Positions 1-8,383 of a stretch of 64,000 nucleotides of DNA are shown piece after piece. The DNA comes from a virus: the IMG/VR virus record IMGVR_UViG_3300046804_006785. One strand, given 5' to 3'. The number at the start of each line of letters is the position of its first letter. Position 1 is the stretch's first letter. The notes under the pieces are model-generated. The model did no database searches. It saw only the letters and a list, made by a program, of their open reading frames with translations, and was not told the DNA's origin. Both the position numbers and the translations under genes were made by a program.

Positions 1-324
1 ATGCAACTAATAAGATACGAAGTTAAAAGCACTTCAGGTAAGTCTTATGGTATATGTACTGGTGGGCATGATTTAACCTTGATGGCTTCCAGATTAAACA
101 TTAGCTTTGATGCTGCTGAAAACCTATGGAAACAAAAACACAAGTGGTTGATTGATCCGGGTGTAGATGGGCAATATTTCTTCACTAAGGACGGTGATAT
201 TTTATTTAGTAAGGAATTATATATTTATGAAGCTGCTTTACATAAAGGATGGGCAATAGAAAGAACTACACTAGAAGCTGAAGACACACCCATTTATCAA
301 GATAAATATCAAGTAGTTTTTTAA
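1..324 (+). CDS. hypothetical protein
   Basis: 107-aa ORF followed by a bidirectional hairpin (aaataaagccagat...atctggctttattt, about 351-386). Confidence 0.6.
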   Translation: MQLIRYEVKSTSGKSYGICTGGHDLTLMASRLNISFDAAENLWKQKHKWLIDPGVDGQYFFTKDGDILFSKELYIYEAALHKGWAIERTTLEAEDTPIYQDKYQVVF

Positions 325-395
325 TATTATATAGGTTTTATCATATAAAAAAATAAAGCCAGATGTTATATAATCTGGCTTTATTTTAACTTAAA

Positions 396-587
396 TTATT
401 TAAACTTAATATCCGTTCGCTTGACCCACGCTGCATTTCTAGTATTTGGATCTCTGATAAAAGCTAAAATCTTGGAAACATCCTCAACATCCACAACCTT
501 ACCTTGAAAACATGGACAATAGCCAAGATACTCAGCTTTTGCAGGTAACACAATGTTAGTGCTGTTTTGTTGTTTGGTTTTACGCAT
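396..587 (-). CDS. small hypothetical protein
   Basis: 63-aa ORF downstream of a consensus promoter and a long structured leader. Confidence 0.5.
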   Translation of the reverse strand: MRKTKQQNSTNIVLPAKAEYLGYCPCFQGKVVDVEDVSKILAFIRDPNTRNAAWVKRTDIKFK

Positions 588-826
588 TGTTTTAATGAGG
601 TTTTAATTATTTAGGCTTTCGCCTACTTGTCTCTCCAAGTTGTCAAGCCACTAATTACCAAGCTTAACTAAACCAAGTAACCGTGCATAGTATCGTCCGA
701 TTTGCTTTGCATCGCTAAGTACAGCTACTACTGCCGTCTGAGTATATCCCTGTTTTCCTCAGAATTACTCGACCCTAATTTAGCCTTGTTGATTGGGCAA
801 GGATTCAGGATGTAAAGAATAATTTA

Positions 827-855
827 ATTATATCAAATCATTTTATCTATGTCAA
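827..855 (-). promoter_or_regulatory. sigma70-type promoter
   Basis: TTGACA (855-850), 17-nt spacer, TATAAT (832-827): perfect consensus. Confidence 0.8.
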
Positions 856-1216
856 GTATTTATTTTACTTGCAATCCAAATATTAAAATTCTCCCAATCA
901 CGTTGATCACAATCATCTCCTTTTGAGTAATCACTTTCCACAAATCTTTTAACATCTCTAGCAATACATTCCTTATCATTGGGCGTGAGTTTATCCCAAA
1001 AATGTTGTACCTAATCAATAATCAATCCAACAGCATAACTACGTCTACCCATAGCGTACCTAACTGCGGACAAAACTATAAAGCCTGTGTCGTGGTGATC
1101 TTCCATCTGTTTTACTCGTTGTTTCATTGTGTTCTGTTGATCAATACACTGTCTATTGTATTGCTATCTATAACATCTCACATATTTTATATTTTAATGC
1201 TACAATAATCACATTC

Positions 1217-1275
1217 ACCCATCAAACAGATGAGACGGTAGCACGCCTCAAATGTTTTATCAGATGGGAGTCACC
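1217..1275 (+). ncRNA. conserved hairpin leader upstream of KilA-N gene, copy 1
   Basis: Near-identical to 34515-34575; nested stems cccatc/gatggg, aaaca/tgttt, tgagacg/cgYctca. Confidence 0.6.
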
Positions 1276-1351
1276 TAACCAATTTAAGCAAAGTAGGCAA
1301 CTATGACAATTTTACAGCATAACTTTAATGATTCTCTAATTCAACATAGAT

Positions 1352-1514
1352 AAGAATTTCAGCCATTTTACTATTATAAGTATTCGCGCACCTTATACAG
1401 CAAAGGTTTCAGCTATTTCGCCCCTTGACACAATTCTTGAAATGGACTATTATAATACCATCCGCGCAACTGAACCTTGAAAACTAAATATAGTAAGGAC
1501 TCTGGAGTGCAGCA
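1352..1514 (+). promoter_or_regulatory. CRISPR leader with promoter
   Basis: TTGACA 1425-1430, N17, TATTAT 1448-1453; ccgcgcaactgaaccttgaaaactaaata resembles cyanobacterial CRISPR leaders. Confidence 0.7.
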
Positions 1515-1695
1515 GTATAAATACTCCCTTAATAGGGAGTTGGATTGAAACTTTTTGTCGCCCATAATTCAGTATTACTCATTCCGTATAAATACTCCCT
1601 TAATAGGGAGTTGGATTGAAACACAAGTGCGGTGATTGTGGTAAATCTTTCAATGTATGTATAAATACTCCCTTAATAGGGAGTTGGATTGAAAC
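1515..1695 (+). CRISPR. CRISPR mini-array, 3 identical 37-nt repeats and 2 spacers (34 and 36 nt)
   Basis: GTATAAATACTCCCTTAATAGGGAGTTGGATTGAAAC at 1515-1551, 1586-1622, 1659-1695; hairpin ACTCCC/GGGAGT; 3' end ATTGAAAC. Confidence 0.95.
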
Positions 1696-2357
1696 TAACT
1701 ACTGGAAGACACAAGGAGCAAAATCCTTTGCTAGTAAAGTCTCTACCGCCCTTCTGAATGGAAGCCCGGCTACAATTACTATAGAAGGTGGTAATGAAAA
1801 AGACATTCAAGGTACATGGGTTCATCCTAAAGTAGCCATGCACTTAGCTATGTCTATTTCTGATGATTTTGCACTTTGGGCAACTGATGTTTTATTAAGA
1901 GTTGTCAATGGTGAGTTTAAAGCGTTAACCGCCGATGCGGAACAGGCACTTAAAAAGCTAAACGAACTATGGGATCTTATTAGACAACATGGTAAAGCTA
2001 CTCGGAATGATTTAACCTACGCCATCAAACAGTATCTTCTAAAACATCCAGATAGTTCTGAGCAATATAAAAGATGGATTTATGCCAATGCTACCAACCT
2101 GATGTATAACGCTGTTTTTGGGATGACTGCACAGCAACTTGAAGAATTTTTAACCTGTGGACGTAATAAATCACGAGATAATCTTGATTCTAAGTGTCTA
2201 GATAAAATAGATCGCGTTGAAAGTGCTATTTGCGATCTGATTAACGATCAAGACATAGAACCTATGGAAGCCGTTGAACGCTATGTTAAGTTCATGAAAT
2301 TGAAACCTATGTTTCCAAATAAAAAGCTTGAATCCTACGACTTAAATTAATCAACCA

Positions 2358-2391
2358 TAAACCCTGATTACATAACATAATCAGGGTTTTT
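2358..2391 (+). terminator. intrinsic terminator
   Basis: aaaccctgatta...taatcagggttttt. Confidence 0.65.
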
Positions 2392-2444
2392 AATTTACTT
2401 AAAATAAGCTAAAATATCTTATACCTTTACATAAAATAATCCCA

Positions 2445-2984
2445 GTGCTGACTAAATTAGAAATTTTAGAAAAACTACCCACTGCCACTAAGGAAGAAAG
2501 ACGGAAATTGTTAAAACTCGCTAGGGAACTAGACAGCGATCCAATAGTTCAATTTAAGAATCAGATTATTCATGGGGACTGCTTTGAGATTTTAAAAAGT
2601 ATTCCTGATGGGTCTATTGATGCTGTAATTACAGATCCGCCTTACATGACAACTGATTTAAACTTTGACAAAGCCGGTTTTGATGTTGATTTATTCTTAA
2701 AATTATTATTACCAAAACTTAAAAATGATGGACAATTAGCTGTATTTGGGAGTATCGAACTACTTGCTAAATTTTCCACTATTTATCCAATTAGATGGTC
2801 TGGTATGTGGTTAAAACCTTTAAGTGTGATGCGAACTCATGATGCTAAAAAACCTATGAGAGAAGATTCTGACTATCCACAAATGTGGGCGAGACCATTA
2901 GATGAGTTTTTAGGAATAATTAGCTCATCTTATATTGAGGGTGTCGTGTGTAGCAATTACCCAAGATTTAATAGGGTTAGTTAA
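2445..2984 (+). pseudogene. truncated or chimeric N6A/N4C DNA methyltransferase
   Basis: IIHGDCFEILKSIPDGSIDAVITDPPY (beta-class catalytic motif); no SAM-binding FxGxG; tail MWARPLDEFL resembles DUF1653. Confidence 0.7.
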
Positions 2985-3043
2985 CACGCCCATATTACTA
3001 TCTATTTTATGTTATTGTAGTAACACACTTATGAAACAAAACA

Positions 3044-4198
3044 ATGACACGGCGTAAAATAGATAGTAAAATTAAAATTCTTTATCATCAAATTAAACCT
3101 GATGTTTATAAGGACGGTAAGAGAGTCCGCGCTGGGTTAGATTGTCCAGATGGTATTGCGGCTGCATGGGTAGCTTTGAGGAAATACCCTACTGCGGATC
3201 TAGTTGGCTGTACCTATCAGTCAGATTTACCAATAGTGAATGACGGCGACTTACTAATTATTGTTGACTTTAGTTTTGAGTTAGAGGTTCTTAACCAGTG
3301 GCGCGATCGCGGTTGCCAAATCATCCTAATTGATCATCATAAAACTTTAGTAGACAAAGTACATGAGCATACTATAGTTATGCTTAAACAGTTTTTAGTA
3401 GATTACTTAGAATCTTATCAAGAATCGTTAATAGTTGCTACGGATGCGCCTATATTAAGAGACTTTATAGCATTTGCTAAGTTAACAAATATCTGGACTG
3501 ATATTTTAAATAATCGGGATATTGATAATTATCTTGAAAGGTTTTGCAGTGTAACCAGTGTTAACCAACTGTTTAAATACTTCTCAGATGGTGAGTTAAA
3601 CTTTGATATTTCTAAATGTGGTGCAGTTTTAACTTGGGAATATTTCTTTCCTGATGAGCCAGTGCCAGCGTTTTTATTATATGTCCAGGATAGAGATTTA
3701 TGGCAGTGGTTACAACCTAAATCTAAGGAAATAAACGAAGCTTTTGGGCATATTCGGCATGGACTAACTAGGAATCAAATTATTAGTGAGATGACAAGAT
3801 TATCTGGTTTTTCTCAAAAAGATTTGATGTACCATTTTGAAACTTTGGGTCAAATGTTGTTAGCACCTAAGAGAGAAAGATCACAATTATTAGCTAATAA
3901 CGCACACTGGGTCAACGCTTGGGGATATAGGTTTTTAGCCGCTCCGTTAGATTCTCATGATGCTTTTTACTATAACGAAGTGATGGAAATTCTATATACT
4001 GAAAATCCAGAATCACCTTTTGTTTGTACTTATATAAATTTAGGAAATGAGTATAAATTAAGCTTTCGATCTCGACAAAAATACGACAATTTCGATGTTA
4101 GCAAATTAGCACGTAGTTTAGACGGTGGCGGACATGAAAATGCTGCTGGTGCAAAATTAAAAATGTTACCTTGGATAAAAGAAAAAGCTGTGGTATAA
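3044..4198 (+). CDS. DHH/DHHA1 family phosphoesterase
   Basis: DGIAAA, IVDFS, IDHHK, SFRS and GGGHENAAG motifs. Confidence 0.9.
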   Translation: MTRRKIDSKIKILYHQIKPDVYKDGKRVRAGLDCPDGIAAAWVALRKYPTADLVGCTYQSDLPIVNDGDLLIIVDFSFELEVLNQWRDRGCQIILIDHHKTLVDKVHEHTIVMLKQFLVDYLESYQESLIVATDAPILRDFIAFAKLTNIWTDILNNRDIDNYLERFCSVTSVNQLFKYFSDGELNFDISKCGAVLTWEYFFPDEPVPAFLLYVQDRDLWQWLQPKSKEINEAFGHIRHGLTRNQIISEMTRLSGFSQKDLMYHFETLGQMLLAPKRERSQLLANNAHWVNAWGYRFLAAPLDSHDAFYYNEVMEILYTENPESPFVCTYINLGNEYKLSFRSRQKYDNFDVSKLARSLDGGGHENAAGAKLKMLPWIKEKAVV

Positions 4199-4265
4199 TC
4201 ATTAAATAATATACCTTAACCAGAATAAACCCACTACCAAAACTCTACAGGTAGCGGGTTATTTT

Positions 4266-6587
4266 TTAATGTTCCCAACTAGCACTAATTAGTTTTCTAG
4301 GGTTTTTCATCATTTCAGGATATGGTATTTTACCATTACCCGTAAAGTGTTCTAAACCTTGCCTCATTGAATCTTGAGTTAAAGTTGCTACTTCTATATC
4401 CTGGTATTTTCGGCAAAATAGAACAACCTCATCATGACAAATAGAAGATAATCTTAAATCAAACTTTTCAGTAAATACTCCTTGCTGATATATAGTAGCT
4501 ATACCCACTTTGACGCTACTTGATTCACTTGCAAGCCAGCAATTTGCAATATCTCCTTTAGGGACATAGTGTTGATCTGCTTTGTTTGTCTTGCAGAACG
4601 AATAAATACGTCGTCTATAACCAGGTGTAGAGTACGTTCCATAGTCATCTTGAAAAGTACCATACCAATGACCGTCAATACAAATTTTATTATCGTTTGC
4701 CTTCTTCCACAGGGTTTCCCTAAGTTCTGCTATTTTAGGCAGAATAACAGGAAAAGCTTCTGTCATTGCTTCGCAAATAGGCAAAGCTACCTCTTCATTA
4801 CTATTAGTTTTTATAGTTGTTTGCAGTGTAGGAGCAGACCCAAAGTTAAGCCCAGAATAGACGACGTTCTTACACATAGACCTAATCTTTGTAAACTTTT
4901 TAAATAAGTTATGATCATCCTTCTTATTAATGGCTGTGATATCCTTAATTGATAGGTGTCTATGCTCCTTATAACTATCTACGGAGTCAAAAACGCATTT
5001 CATTGTAATAGCGTGACGATCTACACCCTCTTCTACATCTTGTTCGCCACTCATATAAGTAGCAATTGCTAAATGTGCAGCAGGTAAATCTACATCTACA
5101 ATCCTAAAGTCCATCAACCAAACTAAAGCGTGTGATTCATGTTGAGCTATGAGCCTCAGTTCTGTCTTTGCAATTAGTTCAATCTGTTTTGCCTTAAATA
5201 TATCCCTTACGCTAGGACATCCAGACGATTTTAAACGTTTATTAATACTCTTTTGGGCAGGAGGGTTCTGAATATTAACGCCTTGACACTTAACAGGTGC
5301 GTGTTTATTCCCTGAACAAGTCCTTCCTTGACCTTTACGGGTTAGCTGTCTTATACTCCCACTTACACGCGGTACTCCCTCAATCCAGACTATTTCTTGC
5401 TTCACTTGTTGGCAGTAGTTGAGATAGATTGAAACTGTTCTAAAGTCTACAACTAGCTGCACTACACGGTGATCATTGAGTAGTGCTAAATCAGATTTAC
5501 TACTACCTTTAGCTTTCACAGTTTGGATAGCATTAAATACTTCTGTTTCAACGCTGTCTAGCTGCAATTCAATCTCGTCATCATGTTCAGCATCCCTTTT
5601 ATTTAAAAGTGCAATAATACCTGCTATTTGCTGACTAGATCGGATATTTAAACCAGGATGGATTTGTTGAAACTCTTGATCAAGTTCCATTAGTTTTCTG
5701 TTATACCAATTAATTTGTCTATTTAGCTCACCTAAATCCACAGGCATCCCCCAATAATTAATCTCTACTAATGCCGGGGTAAATTCTGCCTCAATCTCTG
5801 TTACTTCTTCTAGTTCTGCTAGTTCAATTTCCTGTCTTAATCTTAAAAACAAGTCTCCAGTATTTACAATATCCGACGCTGCATAATTAATCTGCGCGTT
5901 CCTTAATGGCAAACTATTATCTGCCAGTTGCTCTGTTTTATCTACATAGATGCCTAAATATCTACCACAGCAATCTTTTAACCCGTGCTTATGCGTAAGG
6001 ATACCTGCTGATAGTAGTTGAGACATAATCATGGTATCATAAGCTTTCCATGTTTTAATACCATATTTAGCCCTTAGAAAACCTAAATCAAAACCTATAT
6101 TATGCCCAATAAATACACCTTTACGCTTGGCAAACTCTCTTATCTTTTCAATTAAATAATCAATAAATTCCTTATATTTTATAGATAGTTGCGATCTATC
6201 CCATTTAGTTTTAAAGTCCACAACTAAAACTCTATCACTACTTAATGATGCTAACTGGAGTAATCTAATATCACCATAAATAGGGGATAAAGCTAATTCT
6301 TGTAATCCTGATGTTTTGCCTTTTTTATATGATTGAGCATTAGTTTTTTTTCTTTTATATTCCCCATTTTCAGGCATTTCTACCCCATAAGTCTCTAAAT
6401 CCAGTACGAGTAGATTACTAGTAAATAAATTATCACAGTATTGATATAGTTCAGGCGTGATGTCTGCATCCTGACTAACAAACCATATATAATCTGCTAT
6501 TGGTTCTTGGTTGTCTATTTTAGCAACACCATTACTAACGTTTAGGCATGACAATAGGTCTAACTGTGTTCCAGATAATACAGACAT
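4266..6587 (-). CDS. polA: family A DNA polymerase with 3'-5' exonuclease domain
   Basis: ExoI DLETYG, ExoII HNIGFD, ExoIII YAASD; NIQNPP; motif A-like VDVDLPAAHL; motif B-like RSMCKNVVYSGLNFG; motif C HDE. Confidence 0.9.
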   Translation of the reverse strand: MSVLSGTQLDLLSCLNVSNGVAKIDNQEPIADYIWFVSQDADITPELYQYCDNLFTSNLLVLDLETYGVEMPENGEYKRKKTNAQSYKKGKTSGLQELALSPIYGDIRLLQLASLSSDRVLVVDFKTKWDRSQLSIKYKEFIDYLIEKIREFAKRKGVFIGHNIGFDLGFLRAKYGIKTWKAYDTMIMSQLLSAGILTHKHGLKDCCGRYLGIYVDKTEQLADNSLPLRNAQINYAASDIVNTGDLFLRLRQEIELAELEEVTEIEAEFTPALVEINYWGMPVDLGELNRQINWYNRKLMELDQEFQQIHPGLNIRSSQQIAGIIALLNKRDAEHDDEIELQLDSVETEVFNAIQTVKAKGSSKSDLALLNDHRVVQLVVDFRTVSIYLNYCQQVKQEIVWIEGVPRVSGSIRQLTRKGQGRTCSGNKHAPVKCQGVNIQNPPAQKSINKRLKSSGCPSVRDIFKAKQIELIAKTELRLIAQHESHALVWLMDFRIVDVDLPAAHLAIATYMSGEQDVEEGVDRHAITMKCVFDSVDSYKEHRHLSIKDITAINKKDDHNLFKKFTKIRSMCKNVVYSGLNFGSAPTLQTTIKTNSNEEVALPICEAMTEAFPVILPKIAELRETLWKKANDNKICIDGHWYGTFQDDYGTYSTPGYRRRIYSFCKTNKADQHYVPKGDIANCWLASESSSVKVGIATIYQQGVFTEKFDLRLSSICHDEVVLFCRKYQDIEVATLTQDSMRQGLEHFTGNGKIPYPEMMKNPRKLISASWEH

Positions 6588-6655
6588 ACTATTATTTTAC
6601 TTGACATTGTTTTATAACTGTACTATTATTTTAGAATAATGTCAAGCAAAAAGGT

Positions 6656-7039
6656 ATGGTAAACGTAAAACAATATACAGGCAAGCTTGCTGACTTGCTT
6701 AACTGGGAACTCGATCTAGAGTTCTGGAATGATGCTCAGGAAATCATTAGGGAGTCTTTACCCTATCCCTATGAATTAGAAACTACTAAAGTATATTTTG
6801 CTTATGCTGGTAGTAGAATAATAGGCTTTATCATCGGTGGTGATGATGGTGATGAGCGAGATGAGTGCTGGCGTATCGCTGTTGATCCTGACTATCGGGG
6901 TCAGGGTATAGCTACTGAATTAGTGAATGTTTCAGGATTAGATAATCCTAGAGACATTGAGAACACAACAGAAGCTAAAGGTTTTTGGGCAAGTTTTGGT
7001 TATAAATCCCCACGACGTAGTTTATTGGTAACTGTATGA
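6656..7039 (+). CDS. GNAT family acetyltransferase
   Basis: IAVDPDYRGQGIATELV acetyl-CoA motif and AKGFWASFGY. Confidence 0.85.
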   Translation: MVNVKQYTGKLADLLNWELDLEFWNDAQEIIRESLPYPYELETTKVYFAYAGSRIIGFIIGGDDGDERDECWRIAVDPDYRGQGIATELVNVSGLDNPRDIENTTEAKGFWASFGYKSPRRSLLVTV

Positions 7040-7290
7040 TGTACTTAGTTAATGGTCGGGTAAAACAGCTAAAAGAACGTATGATAGATATCTATAAATA
7101 CGATTCTAGTGGCTGTTGTATTATGGAGTATTTATGCTTTAAAGATGGTTCTATAATGTTTGCTGAAGAATGTATAGAACTGTCATTTAAAGGATTGCGA
7201 GAATACTTTTTGATGCAAGTTACTAAGCTGATGATGAGGTTTCATTATTGGAATAAGGAACTTGGTCTATGGCTGAAAAAAGAACTTTAA
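7036..7290 (+). CDS. hypothetical protein
   Basis: ATGA overlap with the GNAT gene. Confidence 0.55.
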   Translation: MMYLVNGRVKQLKERMIDIYKYDSSGCCIMEYLCFKDGSIMFAEECIELSFKGLREYFLMQVTKLMMRFHYWNKELGLWLKKEL

Positions 7291-7568
7291 CTTTAGGAGA
7301 AAACATCATGGATTTAGAAGACATTGAAATAAGAATCGAAGTCTTGGAAGCTGGCATAGTAGAACAAGAGGACTTAATTAAAAGGCTTAAAGATGATGAG
7401 GAATCTAACAATACAGATCATTCTTCAAACATCAAACAAGCTAGAGAGGAAATAAGACAGCTAGAAATGGAGATTGAATATCTAAAGTCTAGGGTAAACT
7501 TTGAAGATCATTATGAGATTGACGATTTAAAGTCTGGCATTAATTCTTACGATTACTACGAGGACTAA
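7269..7568 (+). CDS. acidic coiled-coil protein, tandem paralog 1
   Basis: Shares DHxSNIxQA and C-terminal YDYYED with 7572-7805. Confidence 0.7.
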   Translation: MAEKRTLTLGENIMDLEDIEIRIEVLEAGIVEQEDLIKRLKDDEESNNTDHSSNIKQAREEIRQLEMEIEYLKSRVNFEDHYEIDDLKSGINSYDYYED

Positions 7569-7571
7569 ACC

Positions 7572-7805
7572 ATGAACACTATGACCTTGGAAGAAATTCA
7601 AAACCTGATTGAAGACCTTGAGGCTGAAATTGAGGAAAAGCAAAGACTAATTAAGCAGTTTGAAAATGATGATTATGATTATGGACTAGATCATTTTTCA
7701 AATATCAATCAAGCTAAAAGCTTAGTCCAACAACTGAAAATGGAAGTAGATCAACTTCAGATCAAAATTGATACTGAAGATTATTACGACTATTATGAAG
7801 ATTAA
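7572..7805 (+). CDS. acidic coiled-coil protein, tandem paralog 2
   Basis: Paralog of the preceding ORF. Confidence 0.7.
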   Translation: MNTMTLEEIQNLIEDLEAEIEEKQRLIKQFENDDYDYGLDHFSNINQAKSLVQQLKMEVDQLQIKIDTEDYYDYYED

Positions 7806-8124
7806 CACTATCTATAAATCTTCAGATTATACCCATCTATCACAGTGTCAAACTATTTGGTGGGTATGTTTTCTTCTCCAGTCAGGAGACACTTACCAGT
7901 CTAAAATACAAGCTGATTTAAAACAGTATCTTACTTTAAAATTATCAGCTTGCGTTTTAAATAATGCTTTAAAGTTTATGCTTGCTGAAAAGTTAATTAT
8001 TAGCTATCAGCAACCAATCAAAGGTAGAGGACAAGCACGGAAAATGTATCAGGTTAATCCTGATAGTCAAGCGATTGTTAAAGACTTTGCAAACCTATGG
8101 AGACAAATCAATGAAACAGTATAG
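7795..8124 (+). CDS. pex: Pex-like PadR-family winged-helix regulator (circadian period-extender homolog)
   Basis: LSACVLNNALKFM...KGRGQARKMYQV...ANLW matches the recalled cyanobacterial Pex pattern LSDTVLYxALKFL...GRGRPRRMYQ...AQLW; ATG at 7795 preferred. Confidence 0.75.
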   Translation: MKINTIYKSSDYTHLSQCQTIWWVCFLLQSGDTYQSKIQADLKQYLTLKLSACVLNNALKFMLAEKLIISYQQPIKGRGQARKMYQVNPDSQAIVKDFANLWRQINETV

Positions 8125-8329
8125 ATTAGCTATCATGCCTTATGATGATGATGCTAGTAGGAAAATTTGTGGTAGATTGAACGCTATTTGGGGTTATGGC
8201 GTTTTCCGTGAGTGTAGAAATGATGATATCAAACATCTTGGGCATTTAAAATGGGATGACTGGGAAAGTGATATCGCCGCTATCCAAAAAGATTTTCCTA
8301 ATGTCAAGATCCAGGTAAAGATTGATTAG
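8111..8329 (+). CDS. hypothetical protein
   Basis: ORF (MKQYRLAIMP...) overlapping the pex stop, followed by terminator 8339-8360. Confidence 0.55.
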   Translation: MKQYRLAIMPYDDDASRKICGRLNAIWGYGVFRECRNDDIKHLGHLKWDDWESDIAAIQKDFPNVKIQVKID

Positions 8330-8383
8330 TTTAAATAGTCCCCTAAAGAGGGGATTTTTTATTTATTAAGAGGGTTTTTAATC

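Larger units (their letters stand above)
1303..2350 (+). pseudogene. KilA-N domain (antirepressor-like) gene interrupted by a CRISPR leader and array
   Basis: ATG at 1303 gives MTILQHNFNDSLIQHR, like MPIVQHDFNG at the start of paralog 34603; coding resumes after 1695 (NYWKTQGAK...QGTWVHPKVAMHLA); C-terminal half aligns with 34603-35415. Confidence 0.75.

Noticed and set aside
1552-1570. Spacer 1 resemblance to the start of the RHH-like gene (ATGGGC...AAAAA near 14123)
   Set aside because: Too short and mismatched to be a protospacer
1616-1695. N-terminus of ORF 1616-2350 (MKHKCGDCGKSF...) as a zinc-finger extension
   Set aside because: It is read through CRISPR repeat 2, spacer 2 and repeat 3; the real gene start is at 1303
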